A stretch of DNA of 64,000 bases from Acidimicrobiia bacterium (GTDB taxonomy: Bacteria > Actinomycetota > Acidimicrobiia > IMCC26256 > JADLDD01). The position numbers and the translations under genes are program-made. Of this stretch, positions 51,234-60,706 are shown piece after piece. Each line of letters opens with the position of its first letter. Within the stretch, counting starts at the first letter, position 1. The notes beneath the pieces are model-generated. The model did no database searches. It was not told where the DNA came from and saw nothing but the letters and a program-made list of their open reading frames with translations. The stretch covers positions 1,530 to 65,529 of the forward strand of contig JADLDD010000013.1 of NCBI GenBank assembly GCA_020846855.1, in the 5' to 3' direction.

Positions 51234-52880
51234 ATGCTCCCCGCCTCCGGGGCCGCGCGAGCTCACCCGCGCGACGCACGCGACCGGGTGGGGGTGCTCG
51301 GCGCGGTTCCGCACCGGGGGCCGCCCGTCCACGCGACCCGGGCCCGGATCGCGCTCACCGTGGCGGTGGTCGCCCTCTTCGTGGCCGCGCCGGTGGGCGC
51401 CGCCTCGGCGGCGCCCGGCGCGGCGGCGCCCGTCCCGATGGGCTCCGGGGTCGGGGCCGGGGTCGACCTCGGGCCCGTGCCGCCGGCGGGGCGACCCGGA
51501 GGGCTGGTCCGGTGGCGGTCCGACGGGTTCGCGCCCGTCCGCCCGGGGAGCGTCGCCGCCGGTCGGGTCCACGGCGTGGTGCCCGCCGGCCCCGCGGGCG
51601 CCGAGTGGGCCGCCGTCCGGCGGCTCGCGCGTGCCGTCACGGCCGCGGACCCCGGCGCGACGGTCCTCGCCTACTCCTGGCCCGCACCGGTGACGACCTC
51701 CCGGGCCGGCCCCGGCGGGCCGGGGCGGGTGGACCCGTCCGCCCTCACCGACCGGGCCGGCCAGCGCCTCGCCCGGGCCTGGGCGCGGGCCTCGGCGCCC
51801 CGGTTCGCGGGCCGCGGGGGGATGTTGCACCTGGTGGGCGACGGCCCGGGGGCGCGGGTCGCGACGGTCGCGGCGCTCCGGATGGTGCCGCCGCCCGACC
51901 ACCTGACCCTCCTCGACTCACCCGAGCGGGCCGGCGCCTCCCGGGCCGCGGGGACCGCCAACCGCCTGGCGGGGTACCTGCCCCGCCTGGTGGTCGGGCG
52001 GGCCCCCGGTACCACCCGTGTCGACAGCTACGACTCCGGGCTGGGCTCCGACTACGGGACGGTCCCCGGCCTCGGGGCCGTCGTCGACGTGAGGATCACG
52101 GCCCGGGCCGGGTCCGGCCCGGAGACGCCGCCGGCTCCCGGGCGGGCGATCGGCTGGTACACGGCCTCGGTGCGGTCACCGACCGCCGGCGTGGGGTGGG
52201 CCTGGTCGCCGCTCGCCGGGGGGTCGTTCGAGGGTCTGGCCGCCGCGTACCGCACGGCCGGGGGTGCGGAGGCGCGCCGCCGGTTCGGCGGACCCGACCT
52301 CGCGCTGGTGGAGCGCTCCCGGTCCCCGGGCCCGTCGGTCGTCGCGGTGCCGGTCGCGGCCTTCGAGCGGGCCGGGGCGACGGCCGGCAACCCCGAGGCG
52401 GCCGCCGCGGTGGTGACACCCGGCCGGGCGTGGTCGGTCGACGTGGCGACGGGGCGAGGCGACCTGGGCCTCGCGCTCGACTACCGCTTCCTCCGCGGCG
52501 CGGACGGCTCACGGCTGACGGTCCGGCTCGACGGGACCGTGCGGGCGGTGATCGACGGCGCGTACGCGGGCCGGGCGGGGCAGCGCCTGGTGATCGACGT
52601 CGCCGGCCTGGCCGCCGGACACCACGCCCTCTCCGTGCACCTCGACCCGGTGGGCCGGTCGGGCCCCGGGCCCACGGCCGGCGACCGGCGGGAGCCGGGA
52701 GAGCCGGCGGTGGCCCTCGCCAACCTGACCGCCCTCCGCACGCCGCCGGGTGCCGGTGGCCGCGACGGCGGCCCGGCGGCCCGGGTGGGGGCGCTGGCCG
52801 CGGCGGCACTGGTCGTCGCGGCCGGGCTGGCCGGGGTGGTGGCGGCGCCGCGCCGTCGCCGTCGCCGCACCTCGGGGTGA
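51234..52880 (+). CDS. Secreted, C-terminally anchored protein with degenerate alpha/beta-hydrolase-like domain; start uncertain
   Basis: Signal-like hydrophobic segment; VLAYSWP, LHLVGDGPGARVA, HLTLLDSPE; C-terminal TM followed by RRRRRR. Confidence 0.6.
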   Translation: MLPASGAARAHPRDARDRVGVLGAVPHRGPPVHATRARIALTVAVVALFVAAPVGAASAAPGAAAPVPMGSGVGAGVDLGPVPPAGRPGGLVRWRSDGFAPVRPGSVAAGRVHGVVPAGPAGAEWAAVRRLARAVTAADPGATVLAYSWPAPVTTSRAGPGGPGRVDPSALTDRAGQRLARAWARASAPRFAGRGGMLHLVGDGPGARVATVAALRMVPPPDHLTLLDSPERAGASRAAGTANRLAGYLPRLVVGRAPGTTRVDSYDSGLGSDYGTVPGLGAVVDVRITARAGSGPETPPAPGRAIGWYTASVRSPTAGVGWAWSPLAGGSFEGLAAAYRTAGGAEARRRFGGPDLALVERSRSPGPSVVAVPVAAFERAGATAGNPEAAAAVVTPGRAWSVDVATGRGDLGLALDYRFLRGADGSRLTVRLDGTVRAVIDGAYAGRAGQRLVIDVAGLAAGHHALSVHLDPVGRSGPGPTAGDRREPGEPAVALANLTALRTPPGAGGRDGGPAARVGALAAAALVVAAGLAGVVAAPRRRRRRTSG

Positions 52881-52930
52881 CCGCCTGCCGGTCGGGCGGC
52901 GGTCCTCCCCGGCACCGCCACGCGGCTCGG

Positions 52931-54112
52931 CTACGAGGCGGCGCCGAGGAGTACCGAGCGGTCGAGGTCGCCGACGTCGGGGACTCCGGTGAGGGAGAGG
53001 GCGACCTCCATCTCACGCCTCATGATGCGCAGCACCCTCCGCACCGCGGCTTCGCCCCCGCTCGCGACCGCCCACGCCCACGGGCGCCCCACCATGCACG
53101 CCCGGGCGCCCAGGGCCAGCATCTTCACGACGTCGAGGCCGCTGCGCACCCCGCCGTCGACGTACACCTCGACCCGGTCGCCCACCGCGTCGACGACGGC
53201 CGGGAGCGCCCGGACCGTCGACGGCGTGTCGTCGAGCTGGCGACCACCGTGGTTCGAGACCACCACGGCGTCGGCGCCGTGCCCGGCCGCCTCGCGGGCG
53301 TCGTCGGGGTCGAGGATCCCCTTCAGCACCAGCTTGCCGGTCCAGTGCTCTCGCACCCAGGCCAGGTCGGCCCAGGTCACGGTGGGATCGAACTGGGCGT
53401 CGACCCAGGTCTTGAAGGCCTCCGGGCTGCGGGCGCCGGGGACGGCGCGCTCGAGGTTCCCGAAGGTGTGCGGGCGGCCGTGGCGGCCCACCTCGACCAC
53501 CCAGCGGGGGTGGAGCGCCAGGTCGAGGGCCCGGCGCAGCTTGGGCAGCGTCCCGAGGGAGCGCGTCATCCCGTTGCGGACGTCGCGGTAGCGCTCGCCC
53601 ACGACGGCCAGGTCGACGGTGAGCACCAGGGTGTCGCACCCCACGGCCGCGGCCCGGGCCAGCAGGTCGGCGGTGTAGCCCCGGTCGCGCATCACGTAGA
53701 GCTGGAACCAGAACGGGGCCGCGGTGGCGTCGGCCACCTCCTCCAGGGAGCAGATGGACACCGTCGACTCGCAGAAGACGATCCCGGCCTCCTCGGCGGC
53801 CCGGGCCGCCTGCACCTCGGCCCGGGTGGCGAACATCCCGGCCAGGCCCACGGGGGCCAGGATGACGGGCAGCGCGATCGGGCGCCCGAGGACCTCGGTG
53901 CCCAGCCGCAGCGAACCGACGTCGCGCAGGACCCGCTGCCGCAGGCGGATGGTGTCGAGGTCGTCGACGTTGGCGCGCAGCGTCGACTCCTCGAAGGCCC
54001 CGCCGTCGAGGTAGTCGAAGAGCTGGCGGGGCAGCCGGCGCCGGGCCCGTTCGCGGTAGTCGCGCACGGACGCGGGAGCCAGCCCGAGGGGGCGGTCGGG
54101 GAGCAGCCTCAT
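52931..54112 (-). CDS. lldD: FMN-dependent alpha-hydroxy acid dehydrogenase (L-lactate dehydrogenase type), 393 aa
   Basis: FDYLDGGA, LAPVG, WFQLY, LTVD, LKGI, SNHGGRQLD, DGGVRSG. Confidence 0.88.
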   Translation of the reverse strand: MRLLPDRPLGLAPASVRDYRERARRRLPRQLFDYLDGGAFEESTLRANVDDLDTIRLRQRVLRDVGSLRLGTEVLGRPIALPVILAPVGLAGMFATRAEVQAARAAEEAGIVFCESTVSICSLEEVADATAAPFWFQLYVMRDRGYTADLLARAAAVGCDTLVLTVDLAVVGERYRDVRNGMTRSLGTLPKLRRALDLALHPRWVVEVGRHGRPHTFGNLERAVPGARSPEAFKTWVDAQFDPTVTWADLAWVREHWTGKLVLKGILDPDDAREAAGHGADAVVVSNHGGRQLDDTPSTVRALPAVVDAVGDRVEVYVDGGVRSGLDVVKMLALGARACMVGRPWAWAVASGGEAAVRRVLRIMRREMEVALSLTGVPDVGDLDRSVLLGAAS

Positions 54113-54194
54113 GACCTCGAAGGTACCGCAGGCTTCGTCCGGTGGTCCGGGTGCCGGTCCGGGCGGCGGACGGAGGCCTCTCGGGCGGCGGGCG

Positions 54195-55856
54195 TCAGCG
54201 TTCCGGCGGCCAGGCGATGTCGGGGTCGCGGGTGTAGCCGTAGCCGGCGGCCACCCACCGGGCGGCGTGCCCGGCGACGCGGGTGCGGAAGTCGTCCCAG
54301 CGTCGCTCGCCCTGGTCGGTCCAGGCCACCTCCGCCACCGCGGGGAGGCGGGGCAGGAGGCGGGCGTCGATGTCGGCCCGGGTGGTGACCAACTCGGCCC
54401 ACAGCGGCGCCTCGACCCCGAGGACGCGCGACGGGCGGACTCCGGGCACGGCGGCGTCGGGGTCCCAGGAGTACGCGGTGCGGGTGTCGATGAGGCCGGC
54501 CCACGCGTTCCCGGGGGTGGAGGCGTCGTACTTCATGTCGAGGTAGACGCGGTTGGCCGGCGACATGATCAGCTCGGCCCCGCCTTCGGCGGCCCGGGCG
54601 GCGGGAGCGGGATCGATCCAGTGCTGGGCCACCACCGGGCCGGCCGAGAGGTCGGTGGTGCCGATCTCCTCCCACCCGACGGGGACCTTCCCCGCGGCGC
54701 GGACGGTCTCGAGGGCCCGGGCCACGAATCGGCGGTAGCCGTCGGGAGCCGTGGCCCTCGACTCGTCGCCGCCGATGTGGATCCACCGCCCGGGGGTGAG
54801 GCCGGCGAGCTCGCCGACCACCTCTCTCACGAAGGTGTAGGTGGAGTCGGCGTCGACGCACAGCGACGAGAACCCGACGGCCATCCCGGTGTAGGGCTCC
54901 GGGGCGCGGCCGTCGCAGTTGAGGTGCGGCAGGCTGACGAGCGCCGCGTTGGTGTGCCCGGGCATGTCGATCTCGGGTACGACCGTCACGCCGAGGCGGC
55001 GGGCGTGCTCGACGATCCGCCGGTAGTCGTCCTGGGTGAGGAAGCCGCCCGGCCCGCCGCCCACCTCGGTGCGGCTCCCGATCTCCGTCAGCTCGGGGTG
55101 GCCGGTCATGGCCAGGCGCCAGCCCTGGTCGTCGGTGAGGTGGAGGTGCAGGCGGTTGAGCTTGTACGCGGAGGCCAGTTCGGCGACGCGCTCGATGTCG
55201 TCGACGCCGAAGAAGTGGCGGGCCACGTCGAGCATCACGCCCCGCCACCGGTAGCGGGGGACGTCGCGGACGTCGCCGGCCGGGAGGGCCGGGGCCCCGC
55301 CCTCCGGGATCTCGTCGCGAGACGCCGGTAGGAGCTGGGCCAGCGTCTGCGCGCCCCACACGAAGCCGTCGTGGCCCCGGGCCCGCACCTCGACGCCGTC
55401 CGGCCGGATCGACAGGCGGTAGCCCTCGTCGCCGAGGTCGCGATCGGCATCCGCGGCGGTCAGGACGATCGACGGGCGGGCGGGGGATCCATCGTAGCCG
55501 TCGCCTCCTCCGGTGCCGCCGCTCTCGACGCCGCTCTCGGCGAGGCGGCGGCGGAGGAGCGAGGCGGCGTCGCCGGCCGGCGCGCCGCCCTCGACCTCCA
55601 CCGCGATTTCGCCGGCCAGTACGAAACTGCCGGTGGCGGCGCGCACCTCGGACGGCCGCGGGATGACGGCCTCGAAGGATCCGGTCAGCACCGGCCCAGC
55701 CCAGGTCGACGAGGTCGAGGGTCGATCGCGTTCCACCGGGTCGCCCCCCTTTCCGCCGCCGTCGTGGGTGTCGCCGGCGCCACCCCCCGAGCACGCGGCC
55801 ACGACGGACACGGCGAGGGCGACGAGCAGCGCGGCCGCCACCCGGCGCGCCGGCAC
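54195..55856 (-). CDS. GH20 beta-N-acetylhexosaminidase lipoprotein, 553 aa
   Basis: Lipobox VAAC; WRGVMLDVARHF, HLHLTDDQGWR, PEIDMPGH, HIGGDE, YLDMKY, GVEAPLWAE. Confidence 0.95.
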   Translation of the reverse strand: MPARRVAAALLVALAVSVVAACSGGGAGDTHDGGGKGGDPVERDRPSTSSTWAGPVLTGSFEAVIPRPSEVRAATGSFVLAGEIAVEVEGGAPAGDAASLLRRRLAESGVESGGTGGGDGYDGSPARPSIVLTAADADRDLGDEGYRLSIRPDGVEVRARGHDGFVWGAQTLAQLLPASRDEIPEGGAPALPAGDVRDVPRYRWRGVMLDVARHFFGVDDIERVAELASAYKLNRLHLHLTDDQGWRLAMTGHPELTEIGSRTEVGGGPGGFLTQDDYRRIVEHARRLGVTVVPEIDMPGHTNAALVSLPHLNCDGRAPEPYTGMAVGFSSLCVDADSTYTFVREVVGELAGLTPGRWIHIGGDESRATAPDGYRRFVARALETVRAAGKVPVGWEEIGTTDLSAGPVVAQHWIDPAPAARAAEGGAELIMSPANRVYLDMKYDASTPGNAWAGLIDTRTAYSWDPDAAVPGVRPSRVLGVEAPLWAELVTTRADIDARLLPRLPAVAEVAWTDQGERRWDDFRTRVAGHAARWVAAGYGYTRDPDIAWPPER

Positions 55857-56022
55857 CGACCGGCCCGCCGCCCCGGCCCCGGGCCGGTGGGGTCGCCCGG
55901 TGCGTGGACCCGGGAGGATGGATGGCCGTCCGATGGCGTCGGAGGTTACCCGCCGCCCGTCGCCGCCCGCCGCCGCCCGGCGTCGAACGGACCTGCCGGC
56001 CGGCGGCCCGGCGGGCCGGCCG

Positions 56023-56409
56023 TCAGCGGAGGGCGCGGCGGAGGCGCTCGGCGAGCACCTTGGCCCCGGAGATCTCCAGGTCCTTGGTGGCCGTGAGCAG
56101 CACCACGGAGCCGTCGTGGGCGAGCTCCATCAGGTGCCGCACCGCCTCGCGCGCCGGGTCGCGTCCGAGCTCGGCGCGGTAGCGCCGGGCGAACTCCCCG
56201 AAGCGGTCGGGGTCGTGGCCGTACCACTTGCGGAGGTCGGCGCTGGGGGCGGCGTCCTTGCACCACTCCTCGAACGGGGCCCCGGCCTTGGCCACCCCCC
56301 GCGGCCAGAGCCGGTCGACCAGCACGTGGTGGCCGGAGCCGTCGTGCTCGCCGTAGACCCGCTCGACCCGGACGGCCGATCGGGGTTCGGGGCGCGACGA
56401 GCGGGCCAT
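56023..56409 (-). CDS. DUF488 (YeaO-like) protein, 128 aa
   Basis: RVY, VLVDRLWPRGV, APSADLRKWYGHDP, FARRYRAEL, LLTAT. Confidence 0.9.
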   Translation of the reverse strand: MARSSRPEPRSAVRVERVYGEHDGSGHHVLVDRLWPRGVAKAGAPFEEWCKDAAPSADLRKWYGHDPDRFGEFARRYRAELGRDPAREAVRHLMELAHDGSVVLLTATKDLEISGAKVLAERLRRALR

Positions 56410-56467
56410 GTCCCGAGCGTGGCCGCCCGGGCGGCGTCCGTCAACCGCGCCCCGGTAGGGTGCCGGG

Positions 56468-57244
56468 ATGCCCGGCCTGCCCCCCTCCTTCGAGCCCGTC
56501 ACCCGGGGCCTGGGCGACGCCATCCAGTGGGCGCGGGAGGCCGCCGCCCGCTACGGAACGATCGGCCCGCGGCACCGGCGCGGGAGGCGGTTCGGACGGA
56601 TGGGCGAGGGGAGCGCGGTCTGCTTCCCGGTGGCTGCCCTCTTCGGCGAGGAGTACATCCACCTCGGGGAGAAGGTGGTGATCGGCCCGTACTGCAGCCT
56701 CTCGGCCGGGGTCGCACCGGGCCACGTCCCGCTCTCCGATCCCGTGGTGGTGATCGGCGACCGGACGGTCATCGGGAAGGGCAGCGGGGTGGTCGGGCAC
56801 CAGTCGATCCGGATCGGCTCCGACGTCTGGACCGGCCACCACGTCTACATCACCGACGCCAACCACGGCTACGAGGACGTCACGACCCCGATCGGTCTCC
56901 AGTTCTCCGGCCCCCGGCCGGTCACCATCGGCGACGGAACCTGGCTGGGCCACGGCGTGGTGGTGCTGCCCGGGGCGCGCGTCGGGCGCCACGTCGCCGT
57001 CGGCGCGGGTTCGGTGGTCACCGGTGAGCTACCCGACTTCAGCGTCGCGGTCGGCAACCCGGCCCGGGTGATCCGCCGCTACGACCCGCGGGCGGGGTGG
57101 CAACGCGTCGACGCCGACCGTCCGGCCGGACCGGACCCGACCCGCGGCCGGGCGCCCGATCCCGCCGACCGGCCGGCGGCCGTCCCGGCCGACGCCGGGG
57201 CCCCGCCCCTGGGCTTCCTTCAGCCCCCGGCCGGCGACGGGTAG
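56468..57244 (+). CDS. Left-handed beta-helix O-acyltransferase (maltose/galactoside acetyltransferase-like), 258 aa
   Basis: VYITDANHGY, VTIGDGTWLG, VGAGSVV, VAVGNPARVIR. Confidence 0.9.
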   Translation: MPGLPPSFEPVTRGLGDAIQWAREAAARYGTIGPRHRRGRRFGRMGEGSAVCFPVAALFGEEYIHLGEKVVIGPYCSLSAGVAPGHVPLSDPVVVIGDRTVIGKGSGVVGHQSIRIGSDVWTGHHVYITDANHGYEDVTTPIGLQFSGPRPVTIGDGTWLGHGVVVLPGARVGRHVAVGAGSVVTGELPDFSVAVGNPARVIRRYDPRAGWQRVDADRPAGPDPTRGRAPDPADRPAAVPADAGAPPLGFLQPPAGDG

Positions 57245-58929
57245 TCGGGCGGCGCCGACCCCGCCGGGATCTCGTCGAAGAGCGCCGTCGACCGGGAGCG
57301 GTCGAAGAGCCCGGGCACGTGCGTGGGCCACTTCCCCGGGCGGTACCGGCGGCCGTGGTCGGCGTACTGGTACATCCCCTTGCCGACGTCGCCGATCTCG
57401 CTCGGCCCGGTGGCCTCGGGGTCCCACCAGATCAGGGTGACGTCGTCGCTGCCGAAGCGGTCGATCCCCGGCCAGATCCCGTGCCGGCCCCGCGACACGG
57501 TCGGCGTGGTCGGTCCGCCGCCGGTCACCGGGTAGCGGAACAGGCCGTCGCGGAAGGTCTCCGGCGTCAGCCGGGGGCCGGCGAGGTGGATGCCGGTGTA
57601 GAGGATCTGCGGTTCGGGGTAGATCACCGAGTAGACGTTGCTGGGCGGCTTCTCGCCGAACTGCCACTTGTACACCCGGTACGACTCGCCGTTCTCGGGG
57701 GCGCTGCGGGCCGCCGGCAGCGACAGGCCGAACGCGTGGGCCCACTGGCGCTGGTCGTACTGTCGGGCGAAGACCGTGGTGTCGGCGAGGACGCTCGGCC
57801 CGATGATCCACTCGGGGAAGTACTCCTGGGCCGTGGCCTCCTTGGTGAAGTAGATCGGCATCAGCGGGTCGCCGGTGAAGATCACGGTGGTCACGCGGGC
57901 GGCCTTGAGCTTGCTGATGACGGTCCGGGCGTTCTCCTGCGCCTTGGCGATGTCGAGGAAGTACTCCACGTCGGTGGCCAGCTTCACGCCGCGGGACGCG
58001 AGCTGGTCGCGGAGGGTCTCGAACAGGTCGCGCTGCCGGCCGTCGGGGGTGCCGTAGTGGAGCAGCCCGTAGACCCGCTCGCGGCGGCGGAAGGCGGGGT
58101 CGCCGGCGTGCTCGGCCCGGCCCTTGAAGAGCTTGCCGATCATCTCGGCCGCCATGGTCGCGGCCTGCTCGGGCGACGGTCCGCTGCCCCAGAGGTAGGG
58201 CTGGCGTTCGGCCGAGAAGCGCTCGGGCGTGGCCAGCGAGCAGCCGCCGAGGCAGAGGATGTGCTCGGCGGCGAGCTGGTCGGCGAACTCGGGCGCCTGG
58301 CTCGGGCCGCCGAACACCGCGAACGGCTTGGGCTTCATGCTGGCGATCGCGAGGGCGTCGGCCTTGGCCTTGGCGGCGTCGCGGGCGGACCCGGTGGCCT
58401 CGTACCAGCGCAGCCTCACCTTGCGGCCGTAGGTCTCGTAGTGGGCGGCGAAGTACTCGCCGTAGCGCTCGCTCGTCTCCTTGATGGCGTCGAGGCCCAG
58501 CTCGGCCCCCGCCCCCGAGATCACCGCGGCCTGGAGCGGGTCGAGCTCGGGGGGCATGAGGTAGGCGACGACCTCGATGGTGTCGGCGGTGACGCCGGGG
58601 GCGGTGGCGCCGCCGTTGTCGCCGGTGAACGGCTCGACGCACGGCGGCGCGTACACGGCCGGGACCTTGATCCGGCCGGTCTCGGTGTCGCACCCGGGGC
58701 CGAAGTCGACGGTGCGGCCGAGCAGCTTCGCCTTGGCGGGGGTCATCGGACCCGACCGGATCAGCTCCTTGGCGGTGGCGGTGCCCTCCGGGCCCGAACC
58801 CGATCCCCCGTCGTCGCCGCGGCCCACCAGCGCGACGGCCGCCACGGCGACCACGGCAACGAGCGCGACGGGTGCATAGCGGCGCAGGGCCGCCGGGCGG
58901 CCCCGGCTGCTCTTGCGGGTGGGTTCCAT
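57220..58929 (-). CDS. ABC transporter substrate-binding protein (type I / LivJ-like fold), 569 aa
   Basis: ATG 58929 after GGAGG; N-terminal TM anchor; DNGGATAPGVTADTI, YETYGRKV, VTTVIF, ATAQEYFPEW, AGPRLTPETF; same operon as the Liv-type ATPases. Confidence 0.8.
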   Translation of the reverse strand: MEPTRKSSRGRPAALRRYAPVALVAVVAVAAVALVGRGDDGGSGSGPEGTATAKELIRSGPMTPAKAKLLGRTVDFGPGCDTETGRIKVPAVYAPPCVEPFTGDNGGATAPGVTADTIEVVAYLMPPELDPLQAAVISGAGAELGLDAIKETSERYGEYFAAHYETYGRKVRLRWYEATGSARDAAKAKADALAIASMKPKPFAVFGGPSQAPEFADQLAAEHILCLGGCSLATPERFSAERQPYLWGSGPSPEQAATMAAEMIGKLFKGRAEHAGDPAFRRRERVYGLLHYGTPDGRQRDLFETLRDQLASRGVKLATDVEYFLDIAKAQENARTVISKLKAARVTTVIFTGDPLMPIYFTKEATAQEYFPEWIIGPSVLADTTVFARQYDQRQWAHAFGLSLPAARSAPENGESYRVYKWQFGEKPPSNVYSVIYPEPQILYTGIHLAGPRLTPETFRDGLFRYPVTGGGPTTPTVSRGRHGIWPGIDRFGSDDVTLIWWDPEATGPSEIGDVGKGMYQYADHGRRYRPGKWPTHVPGLFDRSRSTALFDEIPAGSAPPDYPSPAGG

Positions 58930-58976
58930 GGGCCCGATACCTCCCGTGGTGAGTCGTCGTGGCGCCGGTGCCCGTG

Positions 58977-60695
58977 TCAGCCGCGGTCGGGTGGTGGGTA
59001 GTCGGGCGGAGCCGAGCCGGGCGGGGGCTCGTCGAAGACCGTGACCGACGTCGCGGGGTCGAAGAGCCCCGGGATCCGGTCGGGGATCCGGCCCCACCGG
59101 TAGCGGCGACCCCGGTCGGCGTACCGGTACATCCCCCGGCCCTCTTCGCCCATCTCGTTGGGACCGGTGGCGTCGGGGTCCCACCAGATGACGGTGATGT
59201 CGTCGCTGCCGAAGAGGTCGACGCCGGGCCAGATGCCGTGCCGGCCCCTCGACAGCAGCGGTGTCGTCGGGCCGCCTCCGGTGACCGGGTACCGGAAGAG
59301 GCCGTCGCGGAACGTCTCGGGGGTCAGCTTCGGCCCCGCCAGGTGGATCCCGGTGAACAGGATCTCGGGATCGGAGTAGACCATCGCGTACAGGTTGCTC
59401 GGCGGTTCGGTGCCGAACTGCCACTTGTAGACGCGGTAGGCCTCACCGTGCTCGGGGGTGAGGCGCGCCGCCGGCTCCGACAGGCCGAACGCGTGGGCCC
59501 ACTGGCGCTGGTCGTACTGGCGGCCGAAGACGGTGGTGTCGACGTACACGGTGGGTCCGATGATCCACTCGGGGAAGTACCCCTGGGCCGTGGCCTCCTT
59601 GGTGAAGTAGATCGGCATCAGCGGGTCGCCGTAGAAGATCACGGTGGTGACGCCGGCGGCCTTGAGCTTGCTGATGGCCGTGCGGGCGTTCTCCTGCGCC
59701 CGGGGGACGTCGAGGAAGTACTCGACGTCGGTGGTCAGCTTCACGCCGCGGTCGGCGAGGTCGTCGCGCAGGGTCTCGAACAGCTTGCGCTGGCGCCCGT
59801 CGGGCGAGTCGAGGTGCAGCACGCCGTAGACCCGCTCGCGGCTGCGGAAGGCGGGGTCGCCGGCGTGCTCGGCCCGGCCCCTGAAGAGCTTGCCGATCAT
59901 CTCGGCCGCCAGCCGCGCGCCCTGCTCGGGTGATGGCCCGTTGCCCCAGAGGTAGGGCTGGCGTTCGGCGGAGAAGCGCTCGGGGGTGGCCAGCGAGCAG
60001 CCGCCGAGGCAGAGGATCTTCTCGGCCGCGAGCTGGTCGGAGAACTCGGGGGCCTGGGTCGGGCCGCCGAGCACCGCGAAGGGCTTCGGGTCCATCCCGG
60101 CGATCGCCAGGGCGTCGGCCTTGGCCTTGGCGACGTCGCTCGGCGAGCCGGTGGCGGTGTAGAAGCGGAGGTTGACCTTGCGGCCGTAGGTCTCGAAGTG
60201 CTCGCCGAAGTACTCGGCGTAGCGCTCGTAGGTCTCCCGGAGGCCCTTGACGCCGAGGTCGGCGCCGGTCTTGGAGAGCAGGGCCGTCTGGAGCGGGTCG
60301 AGCTCGGGGGGCATGAGGTAGGCGACGACCTCGATGGTGTCGGCGGTTACGCCGGGGGCGGTGGCGCCGCCGTTGTCGCCGGTGAACGGCTCGACGCACG
60401 GCGGCGCGTACACCGCCGGGACCTTGACCCGGCCGGTCTCGGTGTCGCAGCCGGGCCCGAAGTCGACGGTCCGGCGGAGGAGCTTCGCCTTGGCGGGGGT
60501 CATCGGACCGGAGCGGATCAGGGCGTCGCCGGTGGCGGCGGCCTTCGGGGCCCGTCCCGAGTCCGACTTCCCGCCGTCGTCCCGGCCGACCACGGCTATC
60601 ACCGCCACCGCGATCACGACGACGACCGCGATGGGGCCGTAGCGGCGCAGGGCCCGGGATCGTGGCCCCTTGCTCCCCTTGCGGGTCGGCTCCAT
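58977..60695 (-). CDS. ABC transporter substrate-binding protein, paralog of 57220..58929, 572 aa
   Basis: Start re-called to ATG 60695 (MEPTRKGSKG) after GGAGG; colinear and highly similar to the downstream copy. Confidence 0.8.
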   Translation of the reverse strand: MEPTRKGSKGPRSRALRRYGPIAVVVVIAVAVIAVVGRDDGGKSDSGRAPKAAATGDALIRSGPMTPAKAKLLRRTVDFGPGCDTETGRVKVPAVYAPPCVEPFTGDNGGATAPGVTADTIEVVAYLMPPELDPLQTALLSKTGADLGVKGLRETYERYAEYFGEHFETYGRKVNLRFYTATGSPSDVAKAKADALAIAGMDPKPFAVLGGPTQAPEFSDQLAAEKILCLGGCSLATPERFSAERQPYLWGNGPSPEQGARLAAEMIGKLFRGRAEHAGDPAFRSRERVYGVLHLDSPDGRQRKLFETLRDDLADRGVKLTTDVEYFLDVPRAQENARTAISKLKAAGVTTVIFYGDPLMPIYFTKEATAQGYFPEWIIGPTVYVDTTVFGRQYDQRQWAHAFGLSEPAARLTPEHGEAYRVYKWQFGTEPPSNLYAMVYSDPEILFTGIHLAGPKLTPETFRDGLFRYPVTGGGPTTPLLSRGRHGIWPGVDLFGSDDITVIWWDPDATGPNEMGEEGRGMYRYADRGRRYRWGRIPDRIPGLFDPATSVTVFDEPPPGSAPPDYPPPDRG

Positions 60696-60706
60696 GCGGG
60701 TCCCTC

